37,894 nucleotides of DNA from a virus (Duplodnaviria; Caudoviricetes): positions 1 to 37,894 of IMG/VR virus record IMGVR_UViG_3300043783_000092; one strand, 5' to 3'. The notes below the pieces were generated by a model, which had not been told where the DNA came from, ran no database searches, and saw only the letters and a list, made by a program, of their open reading frames with translations. Numbering within the stretch: the first letter of the stretch is position 1; each line of letters opens with the position of its first letter. The position numbers and the translations under genes were made by a program. Positions 25,762 to 34,161 of the stretch are shown here, one piece after another.

Positions 25762-26430
25762 ATGAACCTCAAAGACCAGATTCGCAGTATCCGGCGCGGT
25801 ATTGTGATTCGCGCGCTAATGAGCAACAACGGTAATGTGGGCATCACCGCCCGCGAGCTGGGAGTGAACCGCAATCACATCGGTCAGCACATGAACCTCA
25901 ACATTAAACAGCTTCGCCAGACCTGCAAGGACTTGAAGGCTCTTATGGAAACAGAATCGTTGCCACCGGTATTGAATCGCCGTCATCTTCCGGAAACGCG
26001 CGCCAGCGTGAGCCACACCTTTAAGATTGAGGCCACCAGCTGTCACGTCATTGTGGGGCTGTTCGAGGATGGTTCGCCCGGCGAGCTTTTCCTGCGAATC
26101 GGCAAGGTGGGAGCACGGGAGCATGGTTTTGCCGAGGCCTGGGCGGTGTCTATCTCGTTGATGTTGCAGTTAGGCGTGCCTCTCACCAAACTGGTGGAAA
26201 AGTTCGCCTATATGAAGTTCGAGCCACAAGGCCGCGTGCTGAGCACGGAGCTGCACTATGCGCACTCGGTGGTGGACTACGTGATGCGCTGGATGGAGCT
26301 GCGCTTCATCAAGGGCGTGCCTGCTGCGTCGCGCCCAGAACAGCCGGTATTAGATTCCATTGACGCGCAACGCTGCCCCCACGGTTGTGGCAGCAAAGGA
26401 ACCTGCGGTATATGCCGAGGTACAAAATGA
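25762..26430 (+). CDS. Fis-like HTH fused to a TSCPD (class II RNR C-terminal) domain and zinc ribbon
   Basis: RALMSNNGNVGITARELGVNRN; RRHLPETRASVSHTFKI...GLFEDGSPGELF...KFEPQG...SVVDYVMRWM; CPHGC...CGIC. Start uncertain (25699 or 25762). Confidence 0.75.
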   Translation: MNLKDQIRSIRRGIVIRALMSNNGNVGITARELGVNRNHIGQHMNLNIKQLRQTCKDLKALMETESLPPVLNRRHLPETRASVSHTFKIEATSCHVIVGLFEDGSPGELFLRIGKVGAREHGFAEAWAVSISLMLQLGVPLTKLVEKFAYMKFEPQGRVLSTELHYAHSVVDYVMRWMELRFIKGVPAASRPEQPVLDSIDAQRCPHGCGSKGTCGICRGTK

Positions 26431-26972
26431 GCCTGCTTAGTTACCTTGATCTCACAGTGCTTGTGAAAGATGGTGTGGTGACGAATTGCCCTATGGAGCT
26501 GGTTAACGGAGCCAGCATTGATGTCACCCTAGCTCCCAAGATTCTTATTGAACGCGATCAGCGCCGCAGAAGAACGATAATCAATTACCAAAAAAGAGAA
26601 CCGCTGCGAATGTTGGAACATGTGATGGGCGAGGAAGGCTACCCGCTGTATCCGGGGGAGTTCATTCTAGCTTCCACCGAACAGATCTTCAACCTGCCCA
26701 ACAACATTGCCATGGAGCTGCGGATGAAGAGCAGTGCCGCGCGCACCGGCCTGAACAACATCATGGCCTGCTGGGCCGATCCCACGTGGCACGGGTCATC
26801 TTTGACGCTGGAGCTGATCAACTGCACGCGCTTCCACACTGTGCTGCTGCATCCCGGCGACAGGGTAGGCCAGGTTATCTTCCACAGGTGTGCTCCAGTG
26901 CCCGAGGACGCAGCCTATGCCACGCGAGGGCGGTATAACAATGACGCTGAGGTTTCGGGGATAAAAAAGTAG
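26427..26972 (+). CDS. dcd: dCTP deaminase
   Basis: ASIDVTL, PGEFILAST, KSSAARTG, DPTWHG..LTLEL, GDRVGQ, GRY. Confidence 0.92.
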   Translation: MSLLSYLDLTVLVKDGVVTNCPMELVNGASIDVTLAPKILIERDQRRRRTIINYQKREPLRMLEHVMGEEGYPLYPGEFILASTEQIFNLPNNIAMELRMKSSAARTGLNNIMACWADPTWHGSSLTLELINCTRFHTVLLHPGDRVGQVIFHRCAPVPEDAAYATRGRYNNDAEVSGIKK

Positions 26973-27002
26973 TTGCGCGTAACGGGGTAGTTACGGTATA
27001 AT
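26973..27002 (+). promoter_or_regulatory. sigma70-like promoter with an inverted repeat in the spacer
   Basis: TTGCGC-18 nt-TATAAT; CGTAAC-N6-GTTACG at 26978-26995; GGAGG RBS downstream. Confidence 0.65.
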
Positions 27003-27020
27003 AGAAGGCCCGGAGGATTT

Positions 27021-27266
27021 ATGGCAGGCTACGGAGAATTCACCTGCGCAATGTGCGGTGAAACTTTCGAAAAAGCACGTCCCGACGAGGTCGCTCTCAA
27101 AGAAATGACGGACATTCTTGGCGACGTGCCGCCGGACGAACCGTTGTCTGTAGTTTGCGACGATTGCTGGCAGGAAATCAGCCCTCGTAAGCACCCGGAA
27201 ATTGTCGAAGCTACTAAGAATATTTTTGCTGCCCGCGCACGTGGAATAAAAGAAGGCGCTGCGTGA
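27021..27266 (+). CDS. Zinc-finger hypothetical protein
   Basis: CAMC...CDDC; GGAGG RBS. Confidence 0.75.
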   Translation: MAGYGEFTCAMCGETFEKARPDEVALKEMTDILGDVPPDEPLSVVCDDCWQEISPRKHPEIVEATKNIFAARARGIKEGAA

Positions 27267-27613
27267 TCCAGCTCCCATCCACCAACGCCGCCGTGCGCTG
27301 GCTGCTTGATCCGGTGGAGCACCCCATCCTGGAACAGGCGCTAGAGCACGCCGTACGGAGCCGCGCCCAGATTCGGGGGGTAGCCCTGCTGCCACCGGAA
27401 CTTTGGAGTGCGGCCTACCTGCTGGCGCTGGTGGCGGAGCTGTACAACGAGCCTGACCTGCTGGATCACCGGGCGTGGCTGGGCAAGCGCATTCGGGCGA
27501 AAGTCGGACGGGAGATAACGCTGGAAACCATCGGCCATGAGGCCACACTGGTGGCTAACGCCTACAAGGATTTAACGGGAGTGTTCGATTTCAAGGAGAA
27601 ACAAAATGCTTAA
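27263..27613 (+). CDS. Hypothetical protein
   Basis: GTGA coupling to the upstream gene; 116 aa. Confidence 0.65.
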   Translation: MIQLPSTNAAVRWLLDPVEHPILEQALEHAVRSRAQIRGVALLPPELWSAAYLLALVAELYNEPDLLDHRAWLGKRIRAKVGREITLETIGHEATLVANAYKDLTGVFDFKEKQNA

Positions 27614-27881
27614 CCACGCAAATGTTCGCGAACGTCTTGACGCCGAGGACGCAGCTCGTCTACAAACGCTGTTCGGAAAACCGCATGATGGGGAAGAGGC
27701 GAAGCGCCGTTATCTGGCGCAGTTCGAGCATCCCGGCTGTGGCGGGGCACCGGTGGCCTACGTCAATGGTGGGGCACAGCTGGGCTGCACCGGCTGCAGC
27801 ATGACCTGGCCCGCTGCGGGCAAGCTGGGCGACGCGGTGCTGACACAGTTTCACAGCATCGTGCTGGTGGAGAAATTCTGA
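27606..27881 (+). CDS. Hypothetical protein (H/C zinc-ribbon-like)
   Basis: AAGGAG RBS; HPGC...CTGC. Confidence 0.7.
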   Translation: MLNHANVRERLDAEDAARLQTLFGKPHDGEEAKRRYLAQFEHPGCGGAPVAYVNGGAQLGCTGCSMTWPAAGKLGDAVLTQFHSIVLVEKF

Positions 27882-28054
27882 TGAACGTCCCTAAGACGTT
27901 GTTAATTCCATGGCATAACGCGGATATGGTGCCGGGATTGAAGACCCGCATATTACGTCACGAACGTTTTAAGCGCCGCACCGCCGCCTGGGCCGCGCTG
28001 CAGCTAATCCGAAAGTTTTACCCCTGGAGGCTGAAACGTGAAACTGCTGCGTGA
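27881..28054 (+). CDS. Small basic hypothetical protein (57 aa, not in the ORF track)
   Basis: TGATG overlap with the upstream stop; MNVPKTLLIPWHNAD...RETAA; fills the gap. Confidence 0.55.
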   Translation: MNVPKTLLIPWHNADMVPGLKTRILRHERFKRRTAAWAALQLIRKFYPWRLKRETAA

Positions 28055-28286
28055 TCTTTACAACAAGCTGAAGCGGGCGGTGAGCAAGGAGACCTACCGC
28101 GCGCCGCGAGAGCTGGTGCTGAAATCGAAACCCGAGTCCCAATTTGGGACGCGGCGAGAACGTGTCAGCCGCGCGCAACACAAATACAACTGGTGCGCGG
28201 CGTTCAATCGCCGCAACGGTCACGTTGTTCCGGAAAAGTCCACAGAGAGCATTTACTACGCGGCTCACAGAAGGAACAGAGCATGA
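28038..28286 (+). CDS. Hypothetical basic protein
   Basis: GGAGG before GTG. Confidence 0.65.
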   Translation: MKLLRDLYNKLKRAVSKETYRAPRELVLKSKPESQFGTRRERVSRAQHKYNWCAAFNRRNGHVVPEKSTESIYYAAHRRNRA

Positions 28287-28468
28287 AAAAGATCAAGCTC
28301 GTCGTTGACCGGTACATTGGCATTTTCTACATTATGAACGCACGCGGCCAGTGGCGGCATTTTGAACACGTGGGCAATGCCGGAGTAGCGGAGCAGATTG
28401 CCAGCATGCTGCGCCGTCTGGGTCACGAGGTTCAGATCGAAGATGCAGATATGGGGGATGACCTGTGA
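28283..28468 (+). CDS. Hypothetical protein (61 aa)
   Basis: ATGA coupling and AAGGA RBS; MKKIKLVVDRY... Confidence 0.65.
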   Translation: MKKIKLVVDRYIGIFYIMNARGQWRHFEHVGNAGVAEQIASMLRRLGHEVQIEDADMGDDL

Positions 28469-28962
28469 AACTTAAAAAGCTGCTGAAGAAGTCCGTCAAG
28501 GCCGTGCGCAAGGGTGAGAAGATCACGCTTGTCCAGCCCGTAGACTTGCCCAAAGGCCTGAAGACCGACGCCAAAGGCGAGTTCTTGCTCCCCACGTCCC
28601 CCGCCACCTGTGCTGACCTGTTGTACGAGATTCGGGAAAAGCGCCTGGGGCTGCAGCGCCAGTGTGAACGCTTTGAAAATGCCGAAGCCGCGCTGCGGGA
28701 CTTTTTTATTGAGACGCTGCCAGCGTCTCATGCAACAGGTGTGGCCGGAGAAGTGGCCCGTGTGCAAATCGAAACGCGGCCTGTTCCACAGGTTGAGGAT
28801 TGGGACAAGCTCTACACCTACATTGGTAAGAACAAGGCGTTCGAGCTTCTGCAGCGTCGCCTGGGAGAAGGTGCGGCGAAAGAGATCTTGGACGCTGGGC
28901 GAGGGAGATTCGCGGGCCTCACAGTATTCATGGCAAAGAAGGTCTCATGCACGAAAATCTAA
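28465..28962 (+). CDS. Phage coiled-coil protein of the replication module
   Basis: ADLLYEIREKRL...PQVEDWDKLYTYI...FELLQRRL. Confidence 0.7.
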   Translation: MKLKKLLKKSVKAVRKGEKITLVQPVDLPKGLKTDAKGEFLLPTSPATCADLLYEIREKRLGLQRQCERFENAEAALRDFFIETLPASHATGVAGEVARVQIETRPVPQVEDWDKLYTYIGKNKAFELLQRRLGEGAAKEILDAGRGRFAGLTVFMAKKVSCTKI

Positions 28963-29111
28963 CCCAACACGATGCAGAAGAAGTTGCGAAGTTTCAGCAG
29001 TATCTCGCTGACCGCAAGACCATGGAACCACGAGAGCTTTTTGAAAAGTACCGGGGGTATCTAGGACTGAGTGCTGAAGAAGCAGAGAAAATTCTACCAT
29101 CTATCTACTGA
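28947..29111 (+). CDS. Small hypothetical protein (54 aa, not in the ORF track)
   Basis: MHENLTQHDAEEVAKFQQYL...ILPSIY; AAGG upstream; fills the gap. Confidence 0.55.
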   Translation: MHENLTQHDAEEVAKFQQYLADRKTMEPRELFEKYRGYLGLSAEEAEKILPSIY

Positions 29112-29124
29112 GGAGAACACAACA

Positions 29125-30033
29125 ATGCCAAAGAACAAAGCTGAAAAGAACACGGCCCTTGCGAAGTATGACGCGCGCTTTGCCGAACTGGCCAAGCGGG
29201 CGAAACAGGCGGTATCCAACGTTGCCTCCGGAGGCAATTTCATCTCCCTGAAGGGTGGTGTCATGTCCTGGCAGGGAGCGGTGATCCCGGAATCCAAAAT
29301 TCGCTGCATTGTCATCGACGCCATTGCCGAGAACCAGTTTTACGAAGGGTCGTTCGATCCGGAAAACTTCACGGCCCCCACCTGCTTTGCCTTTGGCCGC
29401 GATGACAAAGGCGACAACATTGATCCTGACGCCATGGCTCCGCACGCGGATGCCGCTGAGCCACAGCATGAAAGCTGCAATGGCTGCCCGCAGAATCAGT
29501 GGGGTTCGGCAGATGTGGGCCGGGGCAAGGCGTGCAAAGAGGTACAGCGCCTGGCCCTGATCACGGAAGCGGAAATGGACAATATTGAGGACGCCGAAAT
29601 TGCGTTCTTAAAGGTGCCCGTTACCAGCGTGAAGACTTGGGCCGGTTACGTGCGCGATCTCGCCAACACTTACAACGGCATGCCGCCGCTGGCCTTTGTT
29701 ACGGAGATCGCCGTGGTGAAGGAAAACACCAGCAAGCTGCCGGGGTGGCACCTGGAGTTTAAAATTGAGCAGCAGCTGGATGATCCACAGGTGTTCGATG
29801 CGCTGTTCAAGAAGTACGAGGCCGTCAGCAAGAAGATTGCCTTTCCTTACGTGAAGTTGGAAGCTGGCGAAGCCCCGGCCAACGGCAAGGGTAAACAGCG
29901 CGCGGCAAAGCCTGCACCCAAGGCCCCGCGCAGGCCAGCGCCGCCCGTTCCTGTGGCGTCGGCTGCACCGGTAGCCAGCTCCAGCCGGGTGGCCGTGGGA
30001 CTGAAACGGCCCGTGAAGCAGCCGAAGTACTGA
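29125..30033 (+). CDS. Probable ssDNA-binding / annealing protein
   Basis: AGGAG RBS; PTCFA...CNGCPQNQWGS...GKACK..RLAL...LKVPVTSVK; Pro/Ala/Lys-rich tail; position in the replication module. Confidence 0.6.
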   Translation: MPKNKAEKNTALAKYDARFAELAKRAKQAVSNVASGGNFISLKGGVMSWQGAVIPESKIRCIVIDAIAENQFYEGSFDPENFTAPTCFAFGRDDKGDNIDPDAMAPHADAAEPQHESCNGCPQNQWGSADVGRGKACKEVQRLALITEAEMDNIEDAEIAFLKVPVTSVKTWAGYVRDLANTYNGMPPLAFVTEIAVVKENTSKLPGWHLEFKIEQQLDDPQVFDALFKKYEAVSKKIAFPYVKLEAGEAPANGKGKQRAAKPAPKAPRRPAPPVPVASAAPVASSSRVAVGLKRPVKQPKY

Positions 30034-30038
30034 AAGCC

Positions 30039-30152
30039 TGGGTCTCTTTGGTGGGAGCGTAAGCGTATTCGGTGGAGACTGTAGCGGCAACTGGCAAGAA
30101 CTAGTGGCGTGCGGGAACCGCAAACCTAATCGCCCACGTCGAATGCGGCCCA
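30039..30152 (+). ncRNA. Candidate structured RNA element
   Basis: Nested pairings TGGGTC/GGCCCA, CGTATTCG/CGAATGCG, GTGG/CCAC and hairpin TGCGG-GAA-CCGCA in an intergenic gap. Confidence 0.35.
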
Positions 30153-30176
30153 AAATTTTTTAGGAGGTTATTAAAA

Positions 30177-30410
30177 ATGCAGCAGCTAACATGGATCGAA
30201 CTCAACGACCAGCTTCGCACGCTTCGGACGGAGGCACAGGTGCTGGAGCTTTGGCAGCAGGAGCGTGAGGCCCGCCGTCCGCGTAAGCGGTGGCTGGCGC
30301 GTATCTGGGGCCGTTACAAAGTCCTGCGTAACAAACGGGAACAGCGCGAGCTAGGCCGCTTGCGCAACAGCCCACGCACGCAGAAGCCACAACAGGAGAG
30401 TGCCGCGTGA
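30177..30410 (+). CDS. Hypothetical basic protein
   Basis: AGGAGG RBS; 77 aa. Confidence 0.75.
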   Translation: MQQLTWIELNDQLRTLRTEAQVLELWQQEREARRPRKRWLARIWGRYKVLRNKREQRELGRLRNSPRTQKPQQESAA

Positions 30411-31123
30411 TGTTAAAGCCGTTCTTTACGTATTTTGGCGGAAAGTATAGACTGGCTCCTTATTACCCACCGCCTCAACGAGGATTGCCTATTATTGAAC
30501 CTTTCTGTGGTTCGGCGGGTTATGCCTTGAGATATGCGGATTTTCCTGTTGTTTTGAATGATATCAATCCAGAAGTTTCTGAAGTTTGGCGCTACCTTAT
30601 CAAGGTGAACGAATCAGAAATTTTACGACTTCCGTTGAAGATTGAAACTCGCGATTCTATCAAAGCGTGCCAAGAAGCAAGATGGCTGATTGGATTTTGG
30701 CTTAACAAAGGCATGGTGTCGCCGTGTAACATTCCTTCTAAGTGGATGCGAGAAAACGATGGAACAAAATACCCAATTAAGAAATTTTCGTATTGGGGCG
30801 AAGGCGTGCGTGCCAGAATTGCGGGTCAGTTGTCAGCAATACGGCACTGGAAAGTATTTAATCTTCCATATCAGTCTTTGACAGGAGTTGCCAACTGGTT
30901 TATTGACCCCCCCTACAGTCATAAGCCAAGGGCCTATGGCACTGAAGTAAACTACAAACAACTTGCAAAATGGTGCCAGTTAAAAACCAAACAGGTTATA
31001 GTTTGCGAGCGAGAGGGTGCAACGTGGCTGCCGTTTAGGTTATTTCGGGCATCGAAAGCGCTTGAAGGCTCTCATGGAATTAAAATCTCTCAAGAAGCAA
31101 TTTGGTGCCGGGGTGTTGTATGA
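30407..31123 (+). CDS. DNA adenine methyltransferase (Dam/D12-like), orphan
   Basis: FTYFGGK, IEPFCGSAGY, LNDIN, FIDPPY; AT-richer than its flanks. Confidence 0.8.
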   Translation: MMLKPFFTYFGGKYRLAPYYPPPQRGLPIIEPFCGSAGYALRYADFPVVLNDINPEVSEVWRYLIKVNESEILRLPLKIETRDSIKACQEARWLIGFWLNKGMVSPCNIPSKWMRENDGTKYPIKKFSYWGEGVRARIAGQLSAIRHWKVFNLPYQSLTGVANWFIDPPYSHKPRAYGTEVNYKQLAKWCQLKTKQVIVCEREGATWLPFRLFRASKALEGSHGIKISQEAIWCRGVV

Positions 31124-33138
31124 CCTCCATCGCCCTGCTCCGCAAACAGATCGAAAAGCCCAAAGCCATCGCGGGTCCGGCGCTGAAGACGTTCGATTAT
31201 GCGGTGCTAGATTTTGAAACCGATGCCATTGACCGCCGCCCGGAGTACCCTCCCAAGCCCGTCAGCGTGTCTCTCCAGATGCCCGGCGACCGCAAGCCCA
31301 AATTCTACGCCTGGGGTCACCCCGAAGGTAACAACTGCACACGAGACGAAGCCAAAGCGCGGTTGAAAGACCTGTGGAAGTCAGACCTGCCGATCGTTTG
31401 TCAGCATGGAAAATTTGATCACGAAGTGGCGGAAAAGCATCTGGGGCTGCCGCTGCTGCCGTGGGATCGATGTGAAGATACCGAATTCCTATTGTTCTTG
31501 CACGACCCCCACGCCAGCAGCTTCTCGTTGAAGCCCAGCGCCGAGCGCATCCTAAGCATCAAACCTGAGGAGCAGGACAGGTTGAAGGACTGGATTCTTA
31601 AAAATGTGAAGGGAGCCAAGCCCAGCAACTTCGGGGCCTTCATCGCTCAGGCTCCCGCCAGCATCGTGGGGCCTTATGCCAACGGCGACATCTTCCGCAC
31701 CAAAAAGCTGTTCGATCATCTGTTGAACGAGATTCACCAACGCGGCATGATGAACGCTTACAACCGCGAACGGCGTATCATGCCCATCTTTCTTCGCAAC
31801 GAACAGCAGGGCATTCGTGTGGACATGGACGGCCTGGAGCGTGACATAAAAAAGTACCGCCGTGCGCTGGAAACGGCAGATGCGTGGTTGCGCAGGCGAT
31901 TGAAGGCCCCCACGTTGAACCTGGACGCCGACAAAGACGTGGGTGATGCGCTAGACAAGCAAGGGATAGTCACACAGTGGACGTGGACTGCAGGAGGCAA
32001 GGGCCGAGCACCGCAGCGCAGCGTGTCCAAAGCTAACATGACCATGGACAAATTCACCAACCTGCAGGTGGGCCTGGTACTAGGCTATCGTAACCGCTTA
32101 ACCACGTGTCTTTCCATGTTCATGGAGCCGTGGCTGGAAATCGCAGGCCGCATGGGCGGAACAATCCATACGGAGTGGAATCAAGTTCGGCAACCCGGCG
32201 AGCGCAAGGGCCTGAAAGGCACGCGCACCGGGCGGCCCAGCACGAATGATCCGAACTTTTTGAACCTTAGTAAAGACTTTGAAGACAAGGATGATGGCTA
32301 CACACACCCTCAGGGCCTGGGTCTGCCGCCGCTGCCTTTGGTGCGGCGATATTTATTGCCAGACGAAGGCGAGGTTTTTCTTCATCGAGATTTTTCGCAG
32401 CAAGAGCTTCGCGTGCTGGGGCACTATGAAGATGGTTTTTTAGCCGAGCATTACAATCAGCGGCCTTACCGTGATGCCAAGGGAGAAATGTGTTTTGATG
32501 TACATACTGCAGTTCAAAAGGCACTGATACAAATTGCCATGGTGGAACTGTCTAGACGTGGGGCAAAGATCGTGAACTTTTCTGATATCTACGGTAAGGG
32601 TCTGACAAACCTAGCTGAAAGTCTTCACGTCGATCTCGACACGGCTAAGGCTATTCGTAACGCTAAGAATCAGCTCATGCCCGGCGTAGCGGCGCTAACG
32701 CAGATGGTAAAAATGCGTGGTCAGTCCGGCCAGCCCATCCGTACGTGGGGTGGACGTGAATACTATGCAGAGCCGCCGATGTATTCCAAAAAGTTTGGGC
32801 GTGTTATGGATTTTTACTATAAGTTGCTAAATTACCTTGTGCAGGGGGGTAGTGCAGACATTACGAAAGAGGCATTGATTCGCTATGACTCCCATCCCAA
32901 GAGGGAAGGCCGTTTTCTTGTAACAGTGTACGATGAAATCAATGCGTCCTCCGGCCCACCAAAGCGAGCGAACGAAGAGATGAAGGCACTGCGGGAATCC
33001 ATGGAATCTGTCGAACTAGATGTACCTTTGCTTTCGGATGGAAAAATCGGTCCTAACTGGGGAGATATTAAAAGTTGCTGGAAAGCTCTGCCGTGCGAAC
33101 GGGAAGAAAGTGTTAAAATCGAAACACCATGGTGGTGA
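31120..33138 (+). CDS. polA: DNA polymerase family A with 3'-5' exonuclease
   Basis: LDFET, HGKFD, YANGD; TGRPS..PNFLN, DFSQQELR, RRGAKIVNFSDIYG, VQGGSAD, TVYDEI. Confidence 0.95.
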   Translation: MTSIALLRKQIEKPKAIAGPALKTFDYAVLDFETDAIDRRPEYPPKPVSVSLQMPGDRKPKFYAWGHPEGNNCTRDEAKARLKDLWKSDLPIVCQHGKFDHEVAEKHLGLPLLPWDRCEDTEFLLFLHDPHASSFSLKPSAERILSIKPEEQDRLKDWILKNVKGAKPSNFGAFIAQAPASIVGPYANGDIFRTKKLFDHLLNEIHQRGMMNAYNRERRIMPIFLRNEQQGIRVDMDGLERDIKKYRRALETADAWLRRRLKAPTLNLDADKDVGDALDKQGIVTQWTWTAGGKGRAPQRSVSKANMTMDKFTNLQVGLVLGYRNRLTTCLSMFMEPWLEIAGRMGGTIHTEWNQVRQPGERKGLKGTRTGRPSTNDPNFLNLSKDFEDKDDGYTHPQGLGLPPLPLVRRYLLPDEGEVFLHRDFSQQELRVLGHYEDGFLAEHYNQRPYRDAKGEMCFDVHTAVQKALIQIAMVELSRRGAKIVNFSDIYGKGLTNLAESLHVDLDTAKAIRNAKNQLMPGVAALTQMVKMRGQSGQPIRTWGGREYYAEPPMYSKKFGRVMDFYYKLLNYLVQGGSADITKEALIRYDSHPKREGRFLVTVYDEINASSGPPKRANEEMKALRESMESVELDVPLLSDGKIGPNWGDIKSCWKALPCEREESVKIETPWW

Positions 33139-33139
33139 A

Positions 33140-33877
33140 ATGACGCCGACGCCAAGATTGATTCAGATAAGTGCCTGGTCGTATTCGCGCTATCAGAAGT
33201 ACACGCAGTGCCCCTTTCTGGCTAAGTGCCTGTACATCACGAAGCTCAAAGAGCCGGACTCCCCCGCTGGCGTGAAGGGCACCCGCGTTCACGCCATCGC
33301 GGCGCTGGTGGTGAGCGGCAAGCTGCCCAAGCCGGACAGGGACAATTCGCAATTCATGCCGGAGCTGCAAAAGATTTTGAAAAGCGGCAAGCTGCCGGAC
33401 GAGCTTTCTACCTTCACCGAGGAATTCAAGGCCCTGAAGAAGGCTCGCGTACTGTGCGAGTCGGAGTGGGCCTTTACCAAGGACTGGGTTCCCACCAGCT
33501 GGTTTGGGCACGACTGCTGGCTGCGAATCAAGGTGGATGCGCACTACCTGGAAGGTAGGAAGAAACCTACTGTGGTCATCATCGATCACAAGACCGGCAA
33601 GATTCACGAGGATCATGCGCTGCAGCGTAGCCTGTACGCACTGGGGGCCTTCCTGCAATATCCAGATGCCGCGCGCGTCAAGGCGTCGCACTGGTACCTG
33701 GATCAGGGGGAAGAAAAGAGCGACGAGTGGACGCGTGACCAGCTGGAAGCGCTAAAGACGGAGTGGCTGAAGCGGACACGGGCCATGATGAACGACACCA
33801 CGTTTGCTCCCAACCCCAGCGCCGCGTGCCGGTGGTGCGTCTTCGAGAAAGCGAAAGGCGGCCCCTGCGTCTACTAA
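33140..33877 (+). CDS. PD-(D/E)XK exonuclease (Cas4/RecB-like)
   Basis: WSYSR...QCP, GTRVH, KVD, IDHKTG, Q...Y, CRWC...C. Confidence 0.88.
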   Translation: MTPTPRLIQISAWSYSRYQKYTQCPFLAKCLYITKLKEPDSPAGVKGTRVHAIAALVVSGKLPKPDRDNSQFMPELQKILKSGKLPDELSTFTEEFKALKKARVLCESEWAFTKDWVPTSWFGHDCWLRIKVDAHYLEGRKKPTVVIIDHKTGKIHEDHALQRSLYALGAFLQYPDAARVKASHWYLDQGEEKSDEWTRDQLEALKTEWLKRTRAMMNDTTFAPNPSAACRWCVFEKAKGGPCVY

Positions 33878-33879
33878 AT

Positions 33880-34161
33880 ATGAAACGCGAATCTGACATC
33901 GAACGCATCGTCACCCGCTGGGCCGACCGGCGCGGGCTGATGCACCTTAAGCTTAACATCTGGGGCAATCGTGGTTTTCAAGATCAGCTATTTTTTATAC
34001 CCGGAGGCCGTCCGTTCCTGTTGGAGTTGAAGCGGCTGGGTGAAAGGCCGGGCCGTCTGCAGATGTACCGCAAGAAACAATTGAAAGCGAGAGGTTATGA
34101 CGTCGGTTGGACAGACTCGGCGGACGAAGCCATCGGCTGGCTTAAACAGCGTTGCTCCTAA
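33880..34161 (+). CDS. VRR-NUC domain nuclease
   Basis: MKRESDIE, GFQD, LELKR, LQ. Confidence 0.85.
   Translation: MKRESDIERIVTRWADRRGLMHLKLNIWGNRGFQDQLFFIPGGRPFLLELKRLGERPGRLQMYRKKQLKARGYDVGWTDSADEAIGWLKQRCS

Noticed and set aside
31120-33138. Z-genome (DpoZ) polymerase
   Set aside because: No purZ, datZ or mazZ-like gene seen in the window.
33140-33877. Cas4 as evidence of a CRISPR-Cas system
   Set aside because: No other cas genes or array; this is the usual phage replication-module exonuclease.
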